A stretch of 64,000 nucleotides of DNA from Firmicutes bacterium CAG:345. Its GTDB lineage: Bacteria; Bacillota_I; Bacilli_A; RFN20; CAG-288. Shown here piece after piece: positions 48,584 to 56,660 of this stretch (positions are counted from its first letter, which is position 1; each line of letters starts with the position of its first letter). The stretch spans positions 3,941 through 67,940 of the forward strand of contig FR893362.1 of NCBI GenBank assembly GCA_000433315.1. Direction: 5' to 3'. Position numbers and translations under genes: made by a program. The notes beneath the pieces are model-generated. The model was given only the letters and a program-made list of their open reading frames with translations. It was not told where the DNA came from and did no database searches.

Positions 48584-49282
48584 ATGATCAAACTTGTTGT
48601 ATTTGATTTAGATAATACTCTTGCTCCGATGTATAGTCCAATGAAAGAAAATACTTTGGCTAGTTTAAAAGATTTATCAAAAAAAGTTCATCTTGCTGTT
48701 GCATCCGGAAAAACTCCTTTTTATCTAGCTGGCTTTTTTCGTCAAGCCGGAATTAAAGATATAAAACTAATAGGAGAAAATGGAGCGGTAACTTATCTAA
48801 ATAGTGATCTTCCATGCGAAGTTATCTATGCCCGTGTATCTCAAAAATATCTTGAAAATAGAGAAAAAATATTTTCTGACATTAAAAAATTACTCAGCAA
48901 CAAAATTTGCTTTCAACCAAATGAAATTGCATTATCGTTTTTTTATAAAGGAAAAAAAGATAAAGAAAAAATTGAAAATTATTTAAAATCTCAAAACTAT
49001 AATGACATTGATATCTATTATTTTGATAAATCAGTAGATATATGTCCAAAAAATGTTAACAAAGCTTATGGAATAAATCGCCTTGCAAAAAAAATGGAAA
49101 TTGAACCAAATGAAATTATTATTGTCGGTGATAGCGAAAATGATATTTCTATGGCAAAATTCACACCTTATTCAATTGGAATAGGAAATTTAAAAGAAAA
49201 CGTTAGATACAACGTAAAAGATATTAATAGTGCATTACATTTATTAAACATTATGGGAGATGAAATAGGATGGAAATTATAG
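48584..49282 (+). CDS. HAD-superfamily hydrolase (Cof-like, subfamily IIB phosphatase)
   Basis: DLDNTL motif I, the GDSENDISM motif, and an AGGAGGA ribosome-binding site. Confidence 0.7.
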   Translation: MIKLVVFDLDNTLAPMYSPMKENTLASLKDLSKKVHLAVASGKTPFYLAGFFRQAGIKDIKLIGENGAVTYLNSDLPCEVIYARVSQKYLENREKIFSDIKKLLSNKICFQPNEIALSFFYKGKKDKEKIENYLKSQNYNDIDIYYFDKSVDICPKNVNKAYGINRLAKKMEIEPNEIIIVGDSENDISMAKFTPYSIGIGNLKENVRYNVKDINSALHLLNIMGDEIGWKL

Positions 49283-50472
49283 GAAATGTACTTTATGGCC
49301 AATCCGGCGGTCCAACAAGTGTCATAAATTCTTCTGCTTTTGGACTTATAGAAGAAGCATATAAATTAGGTATAAAAAAAGTATATGCCGCTAGATATGG
49401 TATTGATGGAATAATAAACGATGATTTAATAGATTTATCTATCTTTTCAGAAAATGAATTAAAAGAACTCAAAACTATTCCTGGTGCATCATTTGGATCA
49501 GTAAGATACAAACTTCCAGAGTACGAAAAAGATTGTTCACCATTTGAAGAAATATTAAAAACTTTTAAAAAATATAACATCCGTTATTTCTTTTATAATG
49601 GTGGTAACGATTCCATGGATACTTGTTATAAAATTGATAGATTCCTTAAAACTATTAATTATCAATGTTATGTTATTGGAATTCCAAAAACTATCGATAA
49701 TGATTTAGTTGAAATCGATCATACTCCAGGTTATGGAAGTGCAGCTAAATATGTAAAAGATACAGTTGAAGAAATTGTATCTGATAATCTTTCTTATAGA
49801 AATGCAAAAGTAAATATAATAGAAATAATGGGAAGAAGCGCTGGATGGTTAGCAGCTTCAAGTGCATTAGCTCATTTATCAGGATTAGGTCCTGATTTAA
49901 TTTATCTTCCTGAAACCACTTTTTATATCGATGATTTTATAAAAAATGTAAAAAATATATACGATAAAAACAAAAGAATAAATATCGTTGTAAGTGAAGG
50001 AATTAAAGATAAAAATAACAATTTTATATCAGCCAGTCAAAAACAAGATATATTTGGTCATAACAATTTAGGTGGAGTCGGACAATATTTGCTTGGATAT
50101 GTAGAAGAAAAATTGCATCTTTCAGGAAGAGCAATAGAATTATCAATTCCACAAAGAGCAGCTATTCATGATATTTCAAAAGTAGATCAAAAAGAAGCTA
50201 TATTATGTGGAAGATATGCGATAAGAAAAGCGATAAATGGAACATCAGGAGTAATGATAAGCATGAAAAGAAGTTCTAATGATAGATATAAAATATCTTA
50301 TGTCACTTCTTCTCTTGAAAAAGTTGCTAATGGTGTAAAACTTGTACCAAGCTTTATGATCGATGAAAAAAATCATCAAATGACAAAAGAATTTTTTACA
50401 TATATCTGTCCTATTGTTGGAGCAGAAAATAAAGTTCATTTAAAAATAAATAGTAAAATTCTAAAAAAATAA
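49270..50472 (+). CDS. pfp: 6-phosphofructokinase, probably pyrophosphate-dependent (PPi-PFK)
   Basis: PFK family: GGNDS in place of GGDGS (Asp at the equivalent of position 104), PKTIDND (Lys at the equivalent of position 124) and the MGR catalytic motif. Asp104 and Lys124 together are the PPi-PFK signature. It overlaps the HAD gene by 13 nt. Confidence 0.75.
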   Translation: MEIIGNVLYGQSGGPTSVINSSAFGLIEEAYKLGIKKVYAARYGIDGIINDDLIDLSIFSENELKELKTIPGASFGSVRYKLPEYEKDCSPFEEILKTFKKYNIRYFFYNGGNDSMDTCYKIDRFLKTINYQCYVIGIPKTIDNDLVEIDHTPGYGSAAKYVKDTVEEIVSDNLSYRNAKVNIIEIMGRSAGWLAASSALAHLSGLGPDLIYLPETTFYIDDFIKNVKNIYDKNKRINIVVSEGIKDKNNNFISASQKQDIFGHNNLGGVGQYLLGYVEEKLHLSGRAIELSIPQRAAIHDISKVDQKEAILCGRYAIRKAINGTSGVMISMKRSSNDRYKISYVTSSLEKVANGVKLVPSFMIDEKNHQMTKEFFTYICPIVGAENKVHLKINSKILKK

Positions 50473-50483
50473 AAGCATATCAA

Positions 50484-50512
50484 TTGCTGTGTAAAAATAT
50501 AATTGCTATATT
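50484..50512 (+). promoter_or_regulatory. promoter of the superoxide reductase gene, with an overlapping 7-5-7 AT-rich inverted repeat (PerR/Fur-like box candidate)
   Basis: TTGCTG, 17-nt spacer, TATATT. The inverted repeat AAATATA-attgc-TATATTT (50495-50513) overlaps the -10 element. Confidence 0.4.
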
Positions 50513-50550
50513 TTTTATAGAAAGAAATTTGCTTTCAAAAAGGAGAAAAT

Positions 50551-50910
50551 ATGAAATTTTACACATCAAAAGAAAATAGATTAACATTCGTAGTCTCAAA
50601 TAACGAATTAAAAGATGAAAATTTAATAGAATTAACTGCTAATACTCAAGAAGCCGCATTAGAAAAACATCTTCCTGTTGTCAATATTATCGGTAATAAA
50701 ATTGAAATCACTGTAGGATCTATTCTTCATCCAATGACAGAAGCACATTTAATAGGTGCCATAGTTTTAGTCACGACAAATAAAGTTTATATAACTAACT
50801 TAAAATCTACAGATAAACCTCTAACTAATTTTATTTTAGAAGATGGTGAAAAGCCAATTGAAGTTTACGAATACTGCAATCTTCATGGACTTTGGAAAGT
50901 TTCTATTTAA
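50551..50910 (+). CDS. sor: superoxide reductase (1Fe-SOR, neelaredoxin/desulfoferrodoxin centre II type)
   Basis: EKHLPVV, HPMTEAH and CNLHGLW supply the His4Cys iron ligands. There is no N-terminal desulforedoxin CxxC centre. AAAGGAG ribosome-binding site. Confidence 0.8.
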   Translation: MKFYTSKENRLTFVVSNNELKDENLIELTANTQEAALEKHLPVVNIIGNKIEITVGSILHPMTEAHLIGAIVLVTTNKVYITNLKSTDKPLTNFILEDGEKPIEVYEYCNLHGLWKVSI

Positions 50911-50942
50911 AAATTTCTTTTAGTATTAATTAAATTATATGA

Positions 50943-50976
50943 GGAATAGTATTAAATACAATATTATTCCTTTTTT
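50943..50976. terminator. bidirectional terminator between sor and the convergent HAD gene
   Basis: 7-bp stem aggaata/tattcct followed by TTTTTTGTTTT on the plus strand. Confidence 0.55.
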
Positions 50977-50979
50977 GTT

Positions 50980-51639
50980 TTAACCATTTATTGATTTAAT
51001 AAAATCTATAACATCTAATAAAGAAGAAAAAATCTCCACTTTGTCCAAAAATTGTGAATCGATATTGACTAAATCTGGAATCATAACTGTGTTAAATCCA
51101 CCATTAATAGCAGCTTCGATTCCAGAATTCGCATCTTCAACAACAAGACAATTTTCTACAGGAACATTTAATACTTTGCTTGCTTTTAAAAATATATCTG
51201 GATTTGGTTTTCCTTTTTCTACCATATCTCCTGTTATCAAAACATCAAATTTATCAAACAAATCACTATAATTTCTATATTCATCTATTATTTTGGAATA
51301 TGTTGAAGTACATATAGCCTTTTTTATATTTTCATTATTCAAATAATCAATAATTTCTTTAGTTCCTTTTTTTAATATTAAGCCTTTTTCTTTTAATTCA
51401 TCAAATATCATCTGTCGTCTTTTCTTACGAAAATATTCTGTTGGAACATTCTCTCCATATTTACTTCGCATAAAAGCATCTGAATTAGATCTTGCTAACC
51501 CCAAAGTTTTTTTAGCATCCTCATATGAAATATCATAGCCAAATTCTTTTCCGCCTTCGACCTTAGAAAGAATAGTAAAACGTTCTGTATCTATCAACGT
51601 TCCATCTAAATCAAATAAAACAGCTTCTATTTTTTTCAT
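50980..51639 (-). CDS. HAD-superfamily hydrolase, subfamily IA (beta-phosphoglucomutase or phosphatase-like)
   Basis: FDLDGTLIDTE motif I, and a DANSGIEAA motif IV-like region. Confidence 0.7.
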   Translation of the reverse strand: MKKIEAVLFDLDGTLIDTERFTILSKVEGGKEFGYDISYEDAKKTLGLARSNSDAFMRSKYGENVPTEYFRKKRRQMIFDELKEKGLILKKGTKEIIDYLNNENIKKAICTSTYSKIIDEYRNYSDLFDKFDVLITGDMVEKGKPNPDIFLKASKVLNVPVENCLVVEDANSGIEAAINGGFNTVMIPDLVNIDSQFLDKVEIFSSLLDVIDFIKSING

Positions 51640-51728
51640 ATATAAAATTTTATCAACTTAAAAATTTTACTTCAATAAAAAATGGTGCAAACCATTTTAA
51701 GTTTAAACACCATCTTTAATACGATAAA

Positions 51729-53657
51729 CTAATACTTTGAATTAACTCTCATAGCATTTAATATAGCGATAACTGCTACACCAACATCACCAAAAACAGC
51801 AATCCACATATTAGTAATACCAAAAGCTGATAATATAAGAATTAACATTTTAATAGCTAAAGAGAAAATAATATTTTCGTAAGCAATTCTCATAGTTTTC
51901 TTAGATATTTTTTTAGCGATAATCAAATCCTTTAAATCATCATGCATGAGAACCATATCAGCAGCTTCAATTGCCGCATCACTTCCTACCCCGCCCATAG
52001 CGATACCTATATCGGATCTCATTAAACTTGGAGCATCATTAATTCCATCTCCAACAAAGCAAATGACATCTTCTTTCTTCTTTTCTTTGAAAATTTTATC
52101 TATTTCTTCAACTTTATTTTGAGGTAGTAAAGAAGCTTTATAATCTGTTAACTTCAAACTTTCTGCAACACTTTCAGCAATTTTTTCATTATCACCGGTG
52201 AGCATAATTGTTTTCCCACCATTTTTACTAAGACTTTCGATAGTTTCTTTCGCACCATCTTTTATTTCATCAGCTATGATAATTGATCCAAAAAATTTAT
52301 CATTTTTAGCCACATAAACAACAGTGCCAACTTCTTCATTTTTAATAAAGTTGATATTATTATTTTCCATTAATTTTTCATTACCGCAGTATATCTTTTC
52401 ACCATTTTTTTCAGCGATAATTCCTTCACCGGCAACATTAGTCAATACATAGTCCTTTTCAAAATCTTTACCATAAGAATTCATAATTGATAATGCGATA
52501 GGGTGATTAGAATTGCATTCAGCTATACTTGCCAAATGTAAAATTTCATCTTTTTTCTCTATTGGATAAACGTTCTTAATAGCAAAGTTTCCTTTTGTTA
52601 AAGTTCCCGTCTTATCAAAAATAAATGTATTTGCTTTATTAAATTTTTCCAAATAGTTTGTTCCCTTAATTAGAATACCATATTTAGATGCAGCACCAAT
52701 TCCAGCGAAAAATGATAGTGGAATAGAAATAACTAAAGCACAAGGACAAGATACAACTAAGAAACTTAGCGCTCTATAAATCCATACTGACCATTCACCA
52801 GTAATTAAACTAGGAATAATAGCTAATAATACTGCTAAACCAACAACGATAGGAGTATAAAAACGAGCAAATTTAGTAATGAAATTTTCTGCCTTAGATT
52901 TTTGTGAAGTTGCATTTTCAACTAATTCAAGAATTTTTGAAACAGTAGAATCATAAAATTCTTTTTCTACTTTAATTTCTAACTGTGAAGTTAAATTAAT
53001 TGTACCGCTGATGGCTTCATCTCCTTCTAAGACTTCTTTTGGTAGAGATTCACCAGTTAGCGCTTTAGTATCTAATGTTGATGCACCTTTAATTATTTTT
53101 CCATCAAGAGGTATTTTTTCACCAGGATTTACTACTATGATATCATCTATTTTTACTTCTTCTGGATCAACTTCTTCAACTCCATTTTCTGTTTTTAAAT
53201 TTGCATAATCTGGACGAATATCCATTAAAGAAGTAATAGATTTTCTCGATTTTCCAGTAGCATAACTTTGGAAAAATTCGCCTACTTGATAAAATAGTAA
53301 AACTGCACAAGCTTCATCAAAACCTTCGATATCAAAATGATTTACGCCGCGATATATTGCCAATCCAAAAGCTCCAAAAGTTGCAACAACCATCAGAAAA
53401 TTTTCATCGAGAAATTCTCCGTGAAAAATATTAGCAAATGCTTTATATATAACATCATATCCAATTGTAATATATACAATTAAATATAAAGCAAAAGGGA
53501 AAAGCCAATTTAAATTACCATTAAAAACTGTATCTAGTTTAACAATTTTGTCAGTTATAAAAATCGCAAAAAATAATATTAAACTGGCAATAATTCTAAT
53601 TAATTTTTTCTTATCACGTTTAGACATAAAATTAATTACTTTCTTATAATTCGGCAA
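51729..53657 (-). CDS. cadA: heavy-metal (Cd/Zn/Co-type) translocating P1B-type ATPase lacking its own N-terminal metal-binding domain
   Basis: CPC transmembrane motif (SCPCALVISIP), phosphorylation site DKTGTLT, and GDGINDAP. It opens with TTG immediately after an in-frame TGA, with no Shine-Dalgarno sequence. Confidence 0.8.
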   Translation of the reverse strand: MPNYKKVINFMSKRDKKKLIRIIASLILFFAIFITDKIVKLDTVFNGNLNWLFPFALYLIVYITIGYDVIYKAFANIFHGEFLDENFLMVVATFGAFGLAIYRGVNHFDIEGFDEACAVLLFYQVGEFFQSYATGKSRKSITSLMDIRPDYANLKTENGVEEVDPEEVKIDDIIVVNPGEKIPLDGKIIKGASTLDTKALTGESLPKEVLEGDEAISGTINLTSQLEIKVEKEFYDSTVSKILELVENATSQKSKAENFITKFARFYTPIVVGLAVLLAIIPSLITGEWSVWIYRALSFLVVSCPCALVISIPLSFFAGIGAASKYGILIKGTNYLEKFNKANTFIFDKTGTLTKGNFAIKNVYPIEKKDEILHLASIAECNSNHPIALSIMNSYGKDFEKDYVLTNVAGEGIIAEKNGEKIYCGNEKLMENNNINFIKNEEVGTVVYVAKNDKFFGSIIIADEIKDGAKETIESLSKNGGKTIMLTGDNEKIAESVAESLKLTDYKASLLPQNKVEEIDKIFKEKKKEDVICFVGDGINDAPSLMRSDIGIAMGGVGSDAAIEAADMVLMHDDLKDLIIAKKISKKTMRIAYENIIFSLAIKMLILILSAFGITNMWIAVFGDVGVAVIAILNAMRVNSKY

Positions 53658-53857
53658 TCAGGTTCAATTTTTTTACAAATTTTAACAGCTTCATCCACAA
53701 TGCTTTCAAATTTTTCATCATCAGCAACTAGTGTTAACTTTTGGGTTAAAAAATTAACATTAACCTCTTGAACACCATCAATTTTAGAAATAGCATGTTC
53801 CATTTTTCCTGCACATACTGCACACTCTAAGTCTTCTAATCTGTAAATTTTTTTCAT
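53636..53857 (-). CDS. heavy-metal-associated (HMA) domain protein, probably the detached N-terminal metal-binding domain of cadA
   Basis: MKKIYRLEDLECAVCAGKMEH matches the CadA-type C..CAGK.E metal-binding motif. The start is set at ATG 53857, which has a GGAGG site 5 nt upstream. The ORF-track N-terminal extension runs through that ribosome-binding site, so it is spurious. The ORF overlaps the ATPase by 22 nt in a different frame. Confidence 0.6.
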   Translation of the reverse strand: MKKIYRLEDLECAVCAGKMEHAISKIDGVQEVNVNFLTQKLTLVADDEKFESIVDEAVKICKKIEPDCRIIRK

Positions 53858-53897
53858 ATGTACCTCCAAACTTACCAAATTTGAATAATTCATTAAT

Positions 53898-53911
53898 TGA
53901 ACACATGTTCA
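53898..53911. promoter_or_regulatory. SmtB/CzrA-type (ArsR family) operator palindrome upstream of the HMA-cadA unit
   Basis: TGAACA-ca-TGTTCA is a perfect 6-2-6 inverted repeat and matches the TGAACA..TGTTCA core of 12-2-12 SmtB-family operators. Confidence 0.5.
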
Positions 53912-53941
53912 TATAATGTTTGAATAAAATAGGATTTTAAC

Positions 53942-54277
53942 CTATTTTCCTTCATTAACATGAGTTAAACCATATTCCATAATTTTTGAAACATGATCAT
54001 CATCAATAGAATAAAGAACTTCTTTTCCCATTTTAATTCCTTTGACTAATTTACTAGATCTAAGGACTCTTAATTGATGAGATACAGCAGAAGATGACAT
54101 ATTAAGTATATCTGCAATCTCATAAACATAAAGGCTTTTCACTTGTAAACAGCTGAGAATCTTTGCTCTAGTTGAATCGCCAAACATTTTGAACAAATTA
54201 GCTAAAGCATCAATGGTATTTTCATCAGGAATCTTATTTTTAATAATCTCAGAATTTATTGCTTGTTGTTCTTCCAT
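53942..54277 (-). CDS. ArsR/SmtB-family metal-responsive repressor (CadC/CzrA-like)
   Basis: Winged helix-turn-helix (STRAKILSCL...VYEIADILNMSSSAVSHQLRVLR). It lies adjacent to the P1B-ATPase, with a GAGGAA ribosome-binding site. Confidence 0.8.
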   Translation of the reverse strand: MEEQQAINSEIIKNKIPDENTIDALANLFKMFGDSTRAKILSCLQVKSLYVYEIADILNMSSSAVSHQLRVLRSSKLVKGIKMGKEVLYSIDDDHVSKIMEYGLTHVNEGK

Positions 54278-54290
54278 CGTTCCTCACATT

Positions 54291-54304
54291 TGAACATTTA
54301 TTCA
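54291..54304. promoter_or_regulatory. second SmtB/CzrA-type operator, at the arsR-family gene promoter (autoregulation site)
   Basis: TGAACA-tt-TATTCA, compared with the S. aureus CzrA operator core TGAACAAATATTCA. It lies 4 nt upstream of the regulator gene's ribosome-binding site. Confidence 0.45.
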
Positions 54305-54488
54305 TATGTTCTTTTATATTGTATTTCACTTATATTTTTTTGTCAATACTTTTTCTTTTCTTAAACTTTTTTCAATATACAATTTTCAAAATATTTTTCA
54401 TATTTTTTACAAAAAAATTATTTTAATCTAGATATAAAAAATGTATAATGTCAATATAATATGTAAGCGGTTACAATAGGAGGAAAAT

Positions 54489-56552
54489 ATGACTTACACA
54501 CCGGATAAAATTAGAAATATTGCTATCGTTGGGCACCAGGGCAGTGGAAAAACCAGTTTGGTTGAATCTTTAGCGTATAAATCTCAACTGATTAAAATCA
54601 AAGGAACAATAGAAAATAAAAATACCATTTCTGATTATCTTCCAGATGAAAAGAAAAAGCAGTCTTCTTTATCATCTTCAATTATTCCACTTACTTATAA
54701 TGGTTATAAATTGAATTTAATTGATATACCTGGCAATGATGACTTTATTTTTGAAACAATAGGCATTACTAGGCTAGTAAAAGGAGCAATCTTAGTTATC
54801 GATGCCTCTAAAGGAGTTTTAGTCAACACTATAAAAAGTTTTAATCTGTTAAAAAAGCGTGGTGTTCCTATTTTTATATATGTTAATAAAATGGATAAAG
54901 AGAATATAAAATTTACCAACTTATTAACAGAAATAGAAGAAAAATTAGGTGGGAAAAAGTGCGTTCCATTTTCCTATCCTATCGGCAAACAAGATTCATT
55001 TGATGGTTTTGTCAATATTGTCGACCTTAAAGCAAGAAAATATAACGGAAAAGAATGCGTTGATGATGTCATTTATGATGATAAAAAACAAATTGTTTTC
55101 GAACTTCATAATAGATTATGTGAAGCTGTTGCAACAACTAATGATGAAATGTTAGAAAAGTTCTTTTCCGGAGAACCATTATCAAATGAAGAGATCAAAG
55201 CAGGATTGCGCCAAGGTGTTTTAAATGGAGAATTATATCCAGTTATCGTCGGTTCTGCTTTAAAAGATATAGGCATCAATACATTACTTGAAATGATGGT
55301 CGATTACTTACCTTCTCCTACTGATTTAAAACCTATTTCTGCTTTTGATGAAAATGGAAAAGAAATAACTATTAAAACAGAAATAAATGCTCCTATGAGT
55401 TTACAAGTGTTTAAAAACACATATAATCAATATCAAGGTCTTATCAGTATATTCAAAGTTCAATCTGGAAAAATTAAAGTTGGGGATGAAATATATTGTC
55501 CTAACAACAAAAAATTCTATCGTATTAATTTTTTATTTTCTGTTGAAGGTGAAAAATTATTACCAATTGATGAAGCAACTGCTGGTGATATCGCAGCAAC
55601 AAATAGATTAGAAGAAATTAAATTATCATATACGTTATGCGATAAAGATTACCATATTAGATTTAAAACTGTTTCTTATCCTACATCTACTTATTTCAAA
55701 GTTATAGTTCCTGATACAAAAAAAGATTCTGATAAATTATTCCCTAGCGTTGAAAAAATAATGCTTGAAAATCCGACAATTTCATTAAGAAAAGATGAAG
55801 CTACTAATCAAATTCTATTTGGGGGTCTTTCAACAACACATTTAAATTACATGTTCTCTCGATTAGAAAATGAATATCAAATAAAATTCAAAGTTGAACA
55901 ACCAAAAATTTCTTATCGTGAAACTATAACCACTACAGCCGAGAGTGAAGGAAGATATGTTAAACAATCTGGCGGAAGCGGATATTATGGAATTGTCAAT
56001 ATGGAATTTTCTCCAAGCGATCACACCGAATTTATTTCAACAGTATTTGGAGGACATATTGATAAAGGATATTTCCCTGCAGTTGAAAAAGGTTTCTTAG
56101 AAGCATTAAAAGAAGGCGGACTAATCAAAGCCCCTGTAATTAATGTTAAAGCAAATTTAAAAGACGGAAAACAACATTCAGTAGATAGTAACGAAATAGC
56201 CTTTAAAAATGCTGCTATACTAGCATTCAAAGAAGCATATAAAAAATGTAACCCTATAATACTTGAACCATATGATAAAATTATAGTCATTGTACCTAGT
56301 GAATATCTTGGAGCAATATTAAGTGATTTAGCAAAAAGAAGAGCAAGAATTTTATCAACCGATGAAGATGAAGGAGTTAATTTAAAGGTTACAGCGATTG
56401 TTCCAGAGTCTGAAATTCTTGAATATTCAAATGAAATCAAATCTTTAAGTAAATCTACTGCTTTCTTCAATTTGAGTTTCTACGATTACGAACAAGTACC
56501 AGAATTAATTTCTAATAAAATCTTAGCTACTTACAACAATGAAAAGAAATAG
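54489..56552 (+). CDS. elongation factor G paralog (EF-G-like trGTPase) with a degenerate G domain
   Basis: Clear EF-G-like domains III-V (YVKQSGGSGYYGIVNMEFSP, compared with [20 protein letters not shown] in fusA). G1 is GHQGSGKT. There is no RGITI switch-I motif. G3 is DIPGNDDF, so the catalytic His is replaced by Asn. G4 NKMD is present. AGGAGGA ribosome-binding site. Confidence 0.75.
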   Translation: MTYTPDKIRNIAIVGHQGSGKTSLVESLAYKSQLIKIKGTIENKNTISDYLPDEKKKQSSLSSSIIPLTYNGYKLNLIDIPGNDDFIFETIGITRLVKGAILVIDASKGVLVNTIKSFNLLKKRGVPIFIYVNKMDKENIKFTNLLTEIEEKLGGKKCVPFSYPIGKQDSFDGFVNIVDLKARKYNGKECVDDVIYDDKKQIVFELHNRLCEAVATTNDEMLEKFFSGEPLSNEEIKAGLRQGVLNGELYPVIVGSALKDIGINTLLEMMVDYLPSPTDLKPISAFDENGKEITIKTEINAPMSLQVFKNTYNQYQGLISIFKVQSGKIKVGDEIYCPNNKKFYRINFLFSVEGEKLLPIDEATAGDIAATNRLEEIKLSYTLCDKDYHIRFKTVSYPTSTYFKVIVPDTKKDSDKLFPSVEKIMLENPTISLRKDEATNQILFGGLSTTHLNYMFSRLENEYQIKFKVEQPKISYRETITTTAESEGRYVKQSGGSGYYGIVNMEFSPSDHTEFISTVFGGHIDKGYFPAVEKGFLEALKEGGLIKAPVINVKANLKDGKQHSVDSNEIAFKNAAILAFKEAYKKCNPIILEPYDKIIVIVPSEYLGAILSDLAKRRARILSTDEDEGVNLKVTAIVPESEILEYSNEIKSLSKSTAFFNLSFYDYEQVPELISNKILATYNNEKK

Positions 56553-56555
56553 TAA

Positions 56556-56590
56556 AAATCTCTGCAATAGCAGAGATTTTTAAATTTTTC
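56556..56590 (+). terminator. rho-independent terminator after the EF-G paralog
   Basis: 10-bp stem aaatctctgc/gcagagattt with an aata loop, followed by TTTAAATTTTT. Confidence 0.65.
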
Positions 56591-56600
56591 TTAACTAAAT

Positions 56601-56629
56601 TTGTATTGACAATATTTGAATGTTATAAT
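56601..56629 (+). promoter_or_regulatory. extended -10 promoter for the 281-aa gene
   Basis: TTGTAT, 17-nt spacer, then TGtTATAAT. Confidence 0.45.
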
Positions 56630-56660
56630 TTTTTTATAAAGCTTAAGGAGCCCCCCTTCA

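Noticed and set aside
53858-53893. ORF-track N-terminal extension of the HMA ORF (MNYSNLVSLEVH)
   Set aside because: The extension is read through the GGAGG ribosome-binding site that serves the internal ATG at 53857.
53898-53911. LexA (Cheo box, GAAC-N4-GTTC) interpretation of TGAACACATGTTCA
   Set aside because: The context, an ArsR/SmtB repressor and a metal ATPase, favours an SmtB/CzrA operator whose core it also matches. A similar half-matching site sits at the repressor's own promoter. The ambiguity is kept as a caveat in the findings.
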